A stretch of 63,223 bases of DNA, filler included, from Sluysia triapertura (Eukaryota), in NCBI GenBank assembly GCA_046118255.1. It is 5 parts of 5 records of this genome, joined end to end, with 100 filler letters (N's around TTAATTAATTAA, not from the genome) between each part and the next. Parts side by side here need not be neighbours in the genome. Positions count along the whole stretch, not along the records: positions 51,935 to 63,223 come from JBJNIA010186314.1; 4 more parts are not named here. The stretch is one strand, 5' to 3'. Shown in pieces: positions 51,935 to 63,223 of this stretch. The first letter of the stretch is position 1; every line of letters begins with the position of its first letter. The position numbers and the translations under genes were made by a program. Below the pieces are notes generated by a model. The model ran no database searches and was not told where the DNA came from. It saw only the letters and a program-made list of their open reading frames with translations.

Positions 51935-54118
51935 TTTTTTTTGAGTTTTACATTTGAAATATAAATAAATAATGATAATGTAAATGATAAATATATATTA
52001 TATATATAATATACAATAAATAATAATACAAAATAAAATGTTTTATTCAATATTTACAGAAAATGGACAGTTGGGAAAAAGATCAGGCTAGGCTGCTGAA
52101 GATTGTTGAGGAAATGAATAGTGGATCAAGCAACAGTGAGTCTGAATCTGATGCTGACAGTGCTGAAAATAACAATTCGGATAGTGAAGATGATGAATCA
52201 ACTACAGATGAGGAATATGAAGCACCAGAAGAACCAGAAAATGATGAGACATGGCATACCAATACAACATCTATAAGAAACTTTTCTTTTGATGCAGATG
52301 CCGCTGGGATTCTTTTGGATATAGAAGAAAATGTTTCTCCAATTCAGGTTTTTGAAAAAATATGGGATGACCAAGTAATGGAAATGATTATAAAATCTAC
52401 GAATGATTACGGCATAAAACTTTGCAATCAAGCACGGCCACATACAAGGCATAGTAGAAAGGCAAATTTCAAAAATACTGATATGATCGAAATGAGAAAG
52501 TTTTTAGGTTTGTGTTTGCTTCAGTCCCAGCTAAAATTCTCCAGCATTAGAAAACTCTTTTCCATTGATGCATTACATTACCACCCAGCATTTCCGTCAC
52601 AAATGTCTGGAAGGAGGTTTGAGCAAATATTGAGGTGTTTTTGTGTTGAGGAAGAAAATTCAAACGACCCTTTGAGGAAAATAAAAATATTTCTTGATTT
52701 GCTCATACAAAAGTTTGCGAATGCATATGCACCAAATGAAGCATTATCATTAGATGAATCGTTGTTATTATTTCGAGGAAGGCTTTATTTTCGCACGTAC
52801 ATGAAAGGCAAAAAGGCAAAATACGGAATTAAATTCTATGAACTTTGTTCAGCCCAAGGTTACGTTTTGAATATAGAAGTATACAAAGGCCATCGAGAAA
52901 ACGATGAAAACATGACAACTATTGAAAGTCTTGTGATGCGATTGATGCAGTCATACTTAAACAAAGGCCATCATTTGTTCATGGATAATTATTACAACAG
53001 TCTACCATTGTCTAACAAATTACTTAGCAAAAAGACACATGTGACAGGAACTCTTCGTGTAAATAGGAAGGGTCTGCCACAAGAAATAACACGTCGTAAG
53101 CTTAGAAAAGGAGAACATGTATGGCGACGCCAAAATCAGACTTATGTGTCCAAATGGAAAGATAAACGGGATGTGCTATGTCTAACAACAGCTTACCACC
53201 CAAGCATGATAAACACAGCTAACCGGCGACAACAGGAAAAGAGAAAACCAATTGAAATAGTGAATTATAATCAGAATATGTCAGGTGTAGACAGAGCAGA
53301 TCAGATGATGTCCTATTATTCCTGTCCACGGAAGACAATTAGATGGTATAAAAAGGTAATCTTTCATCTACTGGATGTAGCAGTATGGAATTCTTTCTAC
53401 ATCTTTAAAGAAAAGACAGGTTCTCAAATGAAGTATATAGAGTACAGGGAAGCAATCATACGATCTCTAACTGGTATAGATAATAAACGGGATGGAAGAA
53501 CTTTGGTTCAATTTAAACGTGCACAAATCCAAACCAATGAAATCAACAACAATGGAACACAGCATTTTCCTGAGAAAATTTCACCTCCTGAAAATTATCA
53601 GCGAAAAACATATTTTCAGCGTTGTAAACAATGTTATAAACAGGGAATAAGGAAGGAAACATCATATTGCTGCAAGAATTGCATGTCAAAACCTGCACTG
53701 TGTCCTGCACCATGCTTTGAAACATGGCATACCGAAAATAATGTATAATAATTATAAAATTATAATAAATTTTTTTGTCATTTATTTATTTTTGTTTGAT
53801 TAAGAACTAACATTTCGTGTAAAACTCCCAAAAATACTTTGTTGCATACAAAAATTACTTGTTTGAACCATTAAACCTGTCATTTACGTTTTTAAATTTT
53901 TGCTGTTATAGCCGCCATCGTCCTATCACTTAGTGTATAGAGTCCGCTGGCGCCATGACGGTTATAGCCGCAACCTAATTAAAGGTACTAAATTAATCAA
54001 AATTAAGTTTATTTAAGCAGAAAGAGTAAAACTATACTTCTAACATTCTAAAAATCACAAAAACATATAGTGTCAATTTTCGAACTTCGCTTGTTCCTAC
54101 TGTCCGTCAACGTGTTAA
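51935..54118 (+). mobile_element. piggyBac element (left end lost in the gap)
   Basis: Sub-terminal repeat GTTATAGCCGC twice (about 53905 and 53961); candidate right end CCGTCAACGTG-TTAA at 54104-54118. Confidence 0.7.
52063..53748 (+). CDS. Intact piggyBac transposase (PGBD4-like), 561 aa
   Basis: Acidic N-terminus; DDD motifs SLDES, FMDNYY, GVDRADQ; C-terminal Cys-rich domain CKQC...CKNC...LC..PCF..WH. Confidence 0.97.
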   Translation: MDSWEKDQARLLKIVEEMNSGSSNSESESDADSAENNNSDSEDDESTTDEEYEAPEEPENDETWHTNTTSIRNFSFDADAAGILLDIEENVSPIQVFEKIWDDQVMEMIIKSTNDYGIKLCNQARPHTRHSRKANFKNTDMIEMRKFLGLCLLQSQLKFSSIRKLFSIDALHYHPAFPSQMSGRRFEQILRCFCVEEENSNDPLRKIKIFLDLLIQKFANAYAPNEALSLDESLLLFRGRLYFRTYMKGKKAKYGIKFYELCSAQGYVLNIEVYKGHRENDENMTTIESLVMRLMQSYLNKGHHLFMDNYYNSLPLSNKLLSKKTHVTGTLRVNRKGLPQEITRRKLRKGEHVWRRQNQTYVSKWKDKRDVLCLTTAYHPSMINTANRRQQEKRKPIEIVNYNQNMSGVDRADQMMSYYSCPRKTIRWYKKVIFHLLDVAVWNSFYIFKEKTGSQMKYIEYREAIIRSLTGIDNKRDGRTLVQFKRAQIQTNEINNNGTQHFPEKISPPENYQRKTYFQRCKQCYKQGIRKETSYCCKNCMSKPALCPAPCFETWHTENNV

Positions 54119-54299
54119 AAATCAATTTCGAAAATTGAAGATCATTTTTTAAATTATCTTTTATTAAACACTTTATTGCTAAATTAAACTTAGAACTAGA
54201 ACTATTTATTTCCATTGTCTTTAAGTATAAACATGTAATTTTGAATATGGTTTGTATCTATCTCGAATATGCCATGAGATGTTTCCAATAAATATTAAC

Positions 54300-55498
54300 T
54301 TTAAAAATTAACTTCTATCAAGATAAATAAAAATAAATTTTAAAATTACTTTTTTGAATAACTGAATCAAACGTGCTAAAAGAGCATTTATTCGATCAGA
54401 ATGTTCATTAAAATCTGCTGGATTACTAAGACTATCTTTGAATTCGTAGAATCTGTGACAATATTGACCCGTGGTGCAGTTTCGTAAAAACAAATAGCGT
54501 TCTTGTAATGTTTGTCCTCATTAGCTTAAGTCTGTAATTTTATGCTGCTACTAAAGAATAATTTTAAACGGCCAATTCTTGATTTTACATTCGACATGTT
54601 TTCCTTAGTGATTTTACTTTATTTGTCATGATAAATGAATCGATATCGATTGTCTTTTTAATAATGAATTTGTGAAAAGCTAAAAATATATTAATAAAAT
54701 TTTCTATAACTTGACCATCAATTAATCTATGAATGCTTTTATTTTCCTTTGCATTTTATAATTCGAAGAACAAACATGATTTAAACTTGATAATATAACC
54801 TTTTTATCATTTTAGTAGTCTTTAAACTGAGATGTATGAAATCGTTCTGTCAAACTTTTTGTACTTTCACTAATCTATCATAGATTTTATTAAAAGTTAA
54901 TAACTTTCGGTAGTACCTCTAATAAATCATGAAACATACTACTTAAAACTAATTCAAGCAGTTTTCTATTCATTTGGTAATTATTCTGGTCTTTAAAATA
55001 TTGTAATAAATCACATCCATTTTCATATTTACCATCTTTTATTTGCTTGTCGTTAATAGAATAAACAACGCCATCAATTTTTAAGTTATCTTTTATATAT
55101 TTGGATGACATATACAACGTAAAACTATGTCTTTTTTAAATCTATTATTGGAGTGCTATGATCATAATAATTTCGTACAAAACTAGCTTCATTAATAGTT
55201 ATAATTCTAAAACTTTACATTGTAAATTTATCATTAAAACGAGTATCAAATAACTTTACTTTATATTTTTATCAAACAGTCAACTTTGCTTGTTTGGAAT
55301 CGTAAAATTTTAATTGTTTTCACACCATTTCACAAATTTATGAATATTACATCTGCTAATCATTGGACGTCCAATCAATTGAAGTTGATTACACTCAGTA
55401 ACTGTCATTAGTCAACAATTAACACGACATGCTGGCTCAATTCATTAAAATTAAATGATTAATAAAGCAATGTCGACCATTATAATGGTCTTAATAAC

Positions 55499-55579
<81 letters not shown>

Positions 55580-56190
55580 ATATAATAAAATAAAAACATA
55601 AATCTTTGTCTTATTTGTCTTTACATGATCTTTTTTGTATCTTATCTTCTTTCTTGACACATTTAAAATTCCATAAAAATGGTTTCTTATAAAAAAATTA
55701 ATTCTTCTAAGATTCTTTTGAAAAAGACCTTGTTTAGTAATTACTAAAATATGCAATATGTATAAATTGTTGATAAGAGAATGTTTAAAGAAAATAATAC
55801 ATTACTAAAGATGTTAAACAAGTAACAATTTGATTGCATTGTTTAAAAATAATTTCAAAGTGTTGATTTAATGTTTTCAGTGATATTAAATATTATGGAA
55901 TATTATAAAATATTATAAAATATTTAAAATATTATCATATTAAATATTATAAAATATTATGGAATGTGGTTTTATGCGATATATATTAAATTAAATCTGG
56001 GATGTTTTGAATTAATTTTTAAGTAAGTCTTTGATGATTTCCAATGTTGAGTATAATTTTTGATGCTATGAAATTTTATGTCTAGATTGTTTGAAAGTAT
56101 GAAGGATTGTGAAATGTTCTGAAGAGTGATTTTGTTGTATGGCGGCATTAAAATAAAATTTTAAAATATTTGGTTGGCCACCACAGAGTA
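54300..56190 (-). mobile_element. Orphan-ORF cassette, copy 4 (more diverged)
   Basis: Same order as copy 1: decayed ORF (about 54300-55328), CCAAT at 55362-55376, (AAT)n, GT-rich segment, GGTTGGCCACCACA (56172) matching GGTTGTCCACCACA (2046). Confidence 0.5.
55500..55578. repeat. (AAT)n microsatellite
   Basis: Directly visible. Confidence 0.95.
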
Positions 56191-56844
56191 ATTCTGTAAT
56201 ATTAATATAATAATAAGAAAAGAGTATTTAATTTAATTAGACATGTATTATTATGAAATTATTATTTAAGCTATTTTTTTCCAATTGCTACTACTACTAC
56301 TATCATCATCATCATCGTGATTAATAATAATTTCTGTGCTACCAAAGATTCATTAATAAAAGCAATTGGCCAATTGAATTATGATATTTAGAATAATTGG
56401 CAAAAAGTAATAAAAATAATGAATTAAAATTGCTAAATTTAACGCTAATGTGGCACAAAAATAATTTCATGAAAATGAAACTTTGAAGATAGTCAAATTG
56501 ATCAAATCTAAATAAAATTAATGATGTTGAATTAAACTCATTTTTGTTAAAATGTAAGAATGTTAATGATGCCATAAAAATTAATTAAAACCGTTTTAAA
56601 CAAAAGTTCATTATCTAAATATCGGCTTGTCCCACCGAATAATATCTCGATTGTAGTACAAAAACTGGTTTTTTGACCCAGTAGTTTCAGTCAGTTTCAT
56701 TAAATAAATTAGATGATTTTGCGGCTCAGTAATACTAGGTGTTGGTGTTGTTAGTAGCTATATGTTATTCAATGAGCGAATGCTTGAAATAAGTGTAACA
56801 AAATTTCATCGAAGAAGCAGAATTTAATACAATAAAATGTATTG

Positions 56845-57260
56845 TGTGAGTTCACTTATGATTCTAGTCTTACCTGTTGCGACTAGTCCTTAGGATTTTC
56901 TGAGAAAATCTTAATATGGAGGTTAGATTGAGAAAAATATTCCTTTCAGAGATTAATTTCTTTATAAAATGTCTTAATGTTCGTTTAATTATATGGCTGA
57001 TTAGCCATTCTTTAGCGAGGTTATTATAACTGATTTTACATTTGATTCTATTTAAACATGATCTAAAAATTTGTAGTTTACGAAATCCGCTTGGAAAAAT
57101 CAGCTTAATTATTCAACAGGTGACTAATTTTAGCAAAAATTAAGACTATTTAAATTACATTTTACGTAGGATCCACTTTAAATGAGATCGATTAAATAAG
57201 TTTGCTTTAATCTTCAAATTATTAAATAAGATAAAATAATTAAATTCTAAAACCAATCAA
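56845..57260 (-). repeat. Diverged R-like block
   Basis: Begins GTGAGTTCAC...CTTACC...GGATTTT...GAGAAAA...TGGAGGTTA, collinear with 25247-25330. Confidence 0.55.
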
Positions 57261-58400
57261 ATATGAGTTGGACAATAATATAATACACAAAACTTCTTAA
57301 TATTAGAATTTAGTGATCGTCGGATATTATAATTGCAAATAAAGATAATTTTATACAAGAATTTATGACGAACCTTATAAATGGTTCCAAAACAGTTAGA
57401 CAATGTTTTAAGTATAATTTACTAAAAACTTAATAAATATGAACTCTAAAACAAAATTCAGCTTAATGTTTTTGTGGTAAACGACGTCGATGTTAATCCA
57501 ACGAATTAAAGAATCCAAAAACAAGTATAAAGTTATGATTTAGTTATTGAAATTGTAGATTTTTCGTCTTGTATAAAAGTACTTATTCATAAAGTTTGAC
57601 CTTTGTCCTTTATATTTTAATTTTTTATGAATTTAAACAAATTTAAACTTTTTTGAATATTTGTAAATAAATTTAAAGATTGTAAATACATTTTAATTAA
57701 ATTATAATAATATTTAATATTTACATTTACAAATATCTTTTAATATTTGACGATCCGTAATTTATAAATTCTTTTAATTAAATATTTTTAATAAATAATA
57801 ATATTAATATTTTTGTACAAATATTCAGTATACAAATTTTTAGCATATTGACAAATATATTATATAAATCTAAATATACTGACAATGTCGATGACTACAA
57901 TAATCTTTGAACAATGATTAGCACTAAAAAATCGTGAAATTTTTAAAAACCAATTCGAAGGATTATAATTCATGTAGACGATATTTGATTGAAGTTGATT
58001 TGAATCGAAATTTTTTATTAGTCAAAGAGATTTGTCTTTACAAAAGTTCAGAAAATGCTGACAATGAATTCTAAAATTAAACAATGGCTTTAGAATTGGT
58101 GTGGGTTGCACGGAATTCCAGATTTTAATGTAGAACAGACAGTGATATTCCAGTGTTATTTATGAATTCGTATAACATGCAAGATATTATTAAAAGATTT
58201 ATAAGAAATGTATAAGAAACATAATAAGATGGCAGTTGACAGAACCAGAACGTGATTAACAAAAATTAAATTAAATTAAAATATTTGTTATTTAATAACG
58301 AATATTTTAAACATGTGCATCCAATCTCAAATTATGCTCATCACCATGTTCTGACAAATTTTTGTGATTATAATTTTACTTACTCTGTTTTGACTTCCAG

Positions 58401-58424
58401 GCAATGCGTCCATAAATCATCCAA
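58401..58424 (+). CDS. Candidate 24-nt symmetric micro-exon (NASINHP)
   Basis: ttttgacttccag|...|gtacga; open in phase 1. Confidence 0.5.
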
Positions 58425-59190
58425 GTACGATTAATAAAAGAATTGTGAACGAAATAATTTAAATAAAATTAAATATGAAATACTCGGCATTCAGGTTGAA
58501 ATTAATATGAGCCGAAGGCAATTATCTAATATTGTTTCAAATAAAAGGATAGGTAATACAAAGAGATGTTAATATCGTAGTTCAATAAATGATGAAACAG
58601 AAAAATTAAGCATGTCTTATAATGAATGTACTTCAATGTACATTCATAAATGTACTTAATTCACTTAAAGTAATCAATACACATTATCTTCACGATTACA
58701 TAATACTATATGCATGAGCCATCCTACATTCAAACTCATTTTTTAATAAATACATAATTCAAATTCATTTATGATAACACTATCCATCTATAAACATTTA
58801 TTCTCTCAAAATTTTGATTTTTTTTCATAGCAAAAGTCAACTCCTGAATTTGTCTTCTAGATATTGTGTTATCATTCATTGTAACTATTCCAGTTTTCTT
58901 TTATGTTGCATCATCATTTTTCCATTTCTATTCTACCAATATTTTTATGTACATCCGATGCTTTTAGTTCAATTTGGAAGAAATTAAAATTTTCGTGTTG
59001 ATTAGAGAATATCTACGGGTATAAGACCTCTCAGGAGGCTAATCTATTTTAATTAATTTTCACTTTGTATATGATTTAGGAAAAATAAATGAATAAAAAT
59101 ATCATATACAGAACTCGATCTAACGACAATAATATATGTTACACAACTTGATTATAAACAAAACAAGTTACTGGGGTAAATAAATAAAAT

Positions 59191-59553
59191 AATAATAAGT
59201 TCGTGCGGTTTTTTTACAATTATGAATAATGCATATTGATCAAGAATAAAAACCATGCAAAAAATTCCAGATAACAAAATGAATCATTAGAAAAGAATTC
59301 TCTGCCACAAGTGATCACTTCCTTCCACCGTTCTGGCAGTTTGTCAATCTCACGTTTGAAGAAGCTTGGTGATTTTTGGTCGAAAAATTATTCAATCCAC
59401 GTTGTTATTGCTTCTTTGTTTTCAAATGTTAGTCTAAAATGATTTAAATAGATAATTCAGCTGAATGAATATAACTCAAATCAGTTAAAACAAGATGTTG
59501 GTGTGTTTTCTTTGCAACAAATAAAACCTCACGAATTTATGCACCAAACAAAT
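59191..59553 (-). mobile_element. Mariner miniature derivative, same family as 28170-28945
   Basis: Aligns in reverse complement with both ends of the 28-kb copy. Confidence 0.9.
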
Positions 59554-62149
59554 ATAATCTTAAAAACTACAAAACCTTGCGATTTATTGGGTAATTATAT
59601 ATTTAAAATATTAAATAAATATTCAGTTTTATTTAATGTAATTTTGATTTATATGGTTTGGTTGAAAGATATTAATAAGTTGAAAATTATTCGAAAATGA
59701 TTAAGATGTCAGTGCGAATATTCGAGAAATATTAGTGATTGTGCTGTGTGAAGTTCATTAAAAGTACAAGTGGATATATGAGAATAATGGTGCAGGGGAG
59801 TGATGATGGCTTCGCAAGATTTGGAAAACTGTGATAGGTGTTATGTGATAGTGGATATTGCTTATGTTTTGATTGGGGTTACCAAAATATTATAAGTTAT
59901 TGAGTAATACACAATGTTGTTGACTTTGTGAATTGTAGCTGAATTATTTTAAATACTATCTTCTTTGGTTCTATCACTGTATAATAATAATGATAGGAAA
60001 TAGTATAACTATTTTTAGATAAATAATGATGAAACAAATCATTAATATTAGTAATATTGATAAAATAATCATTTATACAATGTCCCAGTTAAAGAAAATC
60101 ATATTTTAAACACAAATTATTAAATAGTTTTAAGTTTTGTATTAATTTTAGGTTAATTTTATTTACTTACTAACATAAGTATATTATTTTTAAATAATAT
60201 TGAATAATTTTAATTGAAATTTATTTTCATTTTTTTTATAAATTTTCTATTTGTATGTAAAGTCAATTTTCATTTTAATGAATTTAACAGAATTACAAAA
60301 ATGTTTTCTATTTTAAAAAATTTGTGTCATTATTATGTTCGACGAAACTTAAAAATACTAATTTATTGAATTAAAAATCAGTCCAATCAGATACCTTTAT
60401 TTGATTTTATAATAATCACAATTTATTTACTGATTCGTTGAGATGGAAATGAAATTTTTGAAACACCAAAAAGATATCTATCAAGCACGTGCAGGTGAAA
60501 TTTGTGCTACATAAAAAAGAAAGAACAGATTGTTGCATTCTAACGGATGGAACCTAATTATCATTGCCATTAACAATGGTAGTAATATAAGGTGTCCAAA
60601 ATATATCCGAACCGCAAACTTAAATAAAAATTAGATATCAAAAACGACAAATTTAATCGGTATATTTAGTATTTATAAATGTTCCATACAAGAACGACAT
60701 CTTTTGACAACACTGCGTCATACTTTTTTGGCAAGTTTCCTCTGAAATTTGGTTCCATTGGTGCTGAATACTTTGTTTTAGTTGATCAATTGTCCTAAGC
60801 TTTTTAGGATAAACTGCGTTATTCAGTAATTCTTAATAACTAATTCTAAATCTAAAGTCTTTCGGTGCATTTTTAAGAATTAGGGTCCAGAAGCACACGT
60901 TGAACAAAAATCAAGCAATGACGTCAGAACAAAATCAATAAGATCACACAACAAAAGGCTACTATTGGCAGAAGAAAATGAATAGTAGCGAAGATAACAT
61001 AAAATGACATAAAAGAAGAAATTACATTTGTCGTTTTTGATATCCAATTATTATTTAAGTTTGTGGTTCGGTTACTTTTATTCATCAATTTTAGTCTAAC
61101 TTCAAAACGTAGAGAAAAAATAATTAACTTTTTTGAAAATATTTCAAAATATATCAAGTACTAACATTAGGCTAAATAGTGATACCATGGAAATGGAGAT
61201 CCATTATGAATGTTGGATAAACAAGAAGAAAATTACAAAAAGGAAGATTTTTATAAGGTTTGAAGAAGATTATGTATAAAATGCTATGAAGTGTATCGTA
61301 CTAAACAATAACGACTTATTCATTATTTACTCAAATTCTAAATGAAATTCAAAGATAAGTAAAATAAATAGTAGATCTAAAAATAATTTGACTACCGAAA
61401 TAAAAGGAAAGTGATCCACTAAAACATTGTTCGAGTAACCTAAGGATTAGGATACAAGATTATAAAAATACAAAGAAATATATTTTAAAAGAAAAGAATT
61501 TTAAATATAGCAATTAACAAAATGATGTTCAATTTTATTTCTAAAAAGAGATCCAGTTTAGTTGCATTCTGGATGGATGTCGGTACGGAAAAGAAGAAGA
61601 AACTGCAAAGAAATATTCAACAAAAAGAAAATTGATGGATCTTGGGATTCGGAAAATCAATCTAATTCCAATTTTATTAAATAATCACTTCAGAATTATT
61701 CTTAAACTTATAAAAACGACTTCCTATTATCCCAATCAATTAATAAACTTCTTATATGATTTGATTTCTATTAAACTGAATATTGATTAACGAATAACGA
61801 ACTTTATTAACAACTATAATACAATGAAAGAGTGTAACCAAATAGAAATAACAATAAAAATGGATATTGTGCAATTAAAATCCCAAATGATCTTTAATTT
61901 TATCTTTTAATAATATTAAATTGAATATAAATTTTCCTCTCAGTAGATTGGAGTAAACAAAATTAAATAAATAATTTTTCAGAAATATAACATCGCAATC
62001 CTTGCTAGAATGATAAATCAAACTCAGCTTGTTTTCCTAAAACGCTCTACTAATAAATGATCTTAACAATGCTGAACGATCTGAAGAGAATAGCCAATTA
62101 AAAATTGATTATTGAATTGGCCTGAATGATAAAATGTTCTTTCCTCGTT

Positions 62150-63052
62150 AAAAAATGTATAAATAAACTATTCATCAGCCAATAGGAATCAATGGAATCT
62201 ATTTTTAGTAACACCTTTTCTTTTTCATAAATTAACGATTTTAAATTGTTTTTGTCCATCGATTTAATAATGTGAAACGGTTATAATGACAATTTAACAG
62301 CTGATTTAATTTTAGTTACTTTATTTTCCATATTTTTCGATACATTAAATTACGATTCTTGTTATTGTAATAAGGTAAGTTCTATTACAAAACTAATATT
62401 TATTGTAGATAATGTCCAAACATATCACAGAAGCTGAAGATATAGTAAATTTAAATCTTACTTATTTTCTCAATCTATTATGAATATTTCTTCTGATTTC
62501 AGAAAATATTTACATTAATCTTGCTTGATTAGTCTTATTTACTTCGAAAAATTGTGGATATTTTCCAGAAAAATCAATATTTGATTTAAAATGTTTGATT
62601 TATCGTTTAGAGATAGTACGTTTATAATTGTTTTCAGTTTTAAATCTCAATGTTAGTTTAGTAAGTTGTTGTTCGAATAGAAAAATAGCATACGTGTCAA
62701 TACATTCATTTTGAGTCAGCTCAAAGAAGAAGTTTAACATGTTAAAGATTATTTTACTGCTAGACGTGAAATGAATTATATATAAAACTGCACTAGCACT
62801 CAGCAATGTTCCTTTCTCGTCAAAAACTTGAGTCTTCTTAATTTTATGATTTTGTAACAAGTTATTGAATTTTATATCTTTACACGTTAATTTAACAAAT
62901 TGATCTTCAAAATTATTAGAAAATTTATCTTTATTTATTTCTACGAAACATGAGAACATTAATTTATCGTTTATAAAGAACAGGAAGACTTTAAAATTAC
63001 TAATACGGAATTTTATTATTAAAACATTGATTGTTATGAAGTTCAAGGACAA
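62150..63052 (-). pseudogene. Decayed orphan ORF, possibly cassette-type
   Basis: 150-aa ORF with coding-like frameshifted continuation; no recognisable motif. Confidence 0.3.
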
Positions 63053-63116
63053 ATGAATTCTATTAGAGTTACAGATTTTGTTTTTTATTTTTCTTTCTTC
63101 TGTTGACCCTTTGCAG

Positions 63117-63149
63117 TACTGGAATCACCGTTGCGCTTCACCAACCCTG
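63117..63149 (+). CDS. Candidate 33-nt symmetric micro-exon (LESPLRFTNP)
   Basis: Long pyrimidine tract, ttgaccctttgcag|...|gtacga; phase 1 joins 58401-58424 in frame. Confidence 0.55.
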
Positions 63150-63223
63150 GTACGAAGTACATAAACTAAAGTAAAAGTTATCAAATATATAAATTTAAAA
63201 CTCACACTGATTGACTCGGTCTT

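Noticed and set aside
52198-53725. Antisense ORFs 52198-52452 and 53543-53725
   Set aside because: Shadows of the piggyBac transposase
55451-55756. Poly-Leu ORF
   Set aside because: (AAT)n microsatellite artefact

Overview
Very AT-rich eukaryotic DNA, probably a flatworm (an inference from gene style, not proven). It is five separate contigs (1-12554, 12655-23532, 23633-38793, 38894-51834, 51935-63223) joined by artificial N44-TTAATTAATTAA-N44 spacers, so linkage across spacers cannot be assumed. Host genes: two internal exons of SMG6/EST1A, eight phase-consistent exons of O-GlcNAcase (OGA), and several unidentified genes with symmetric micro-exons. Known mobile DNA: an intact piggyBac transposase, a decayed piggyBac, a NeSL-clade non-LTR element, RTE-like relics, Tc1 and mariner deletion derivatives, a hAT end, and Ty3/gypsy protease, RNase H and env-like relics. 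Two things stand out. (1) A decayed chuvirus-type (class III, gB-like) viral glycoprotein gene at 46.1-48.9 kb. (2) An unrecognised dispersed cassette found in four of the five contigs: a palindrome-array block, a strand-biased CA-rich segment, an inverted CCAAT pair, and a ~1-kb orphan ORF with a small 3' intron. Its non-coding frame aligns between copies while its ORFs barely do. All family assignments come from motif recognition by eye; no searches were run.
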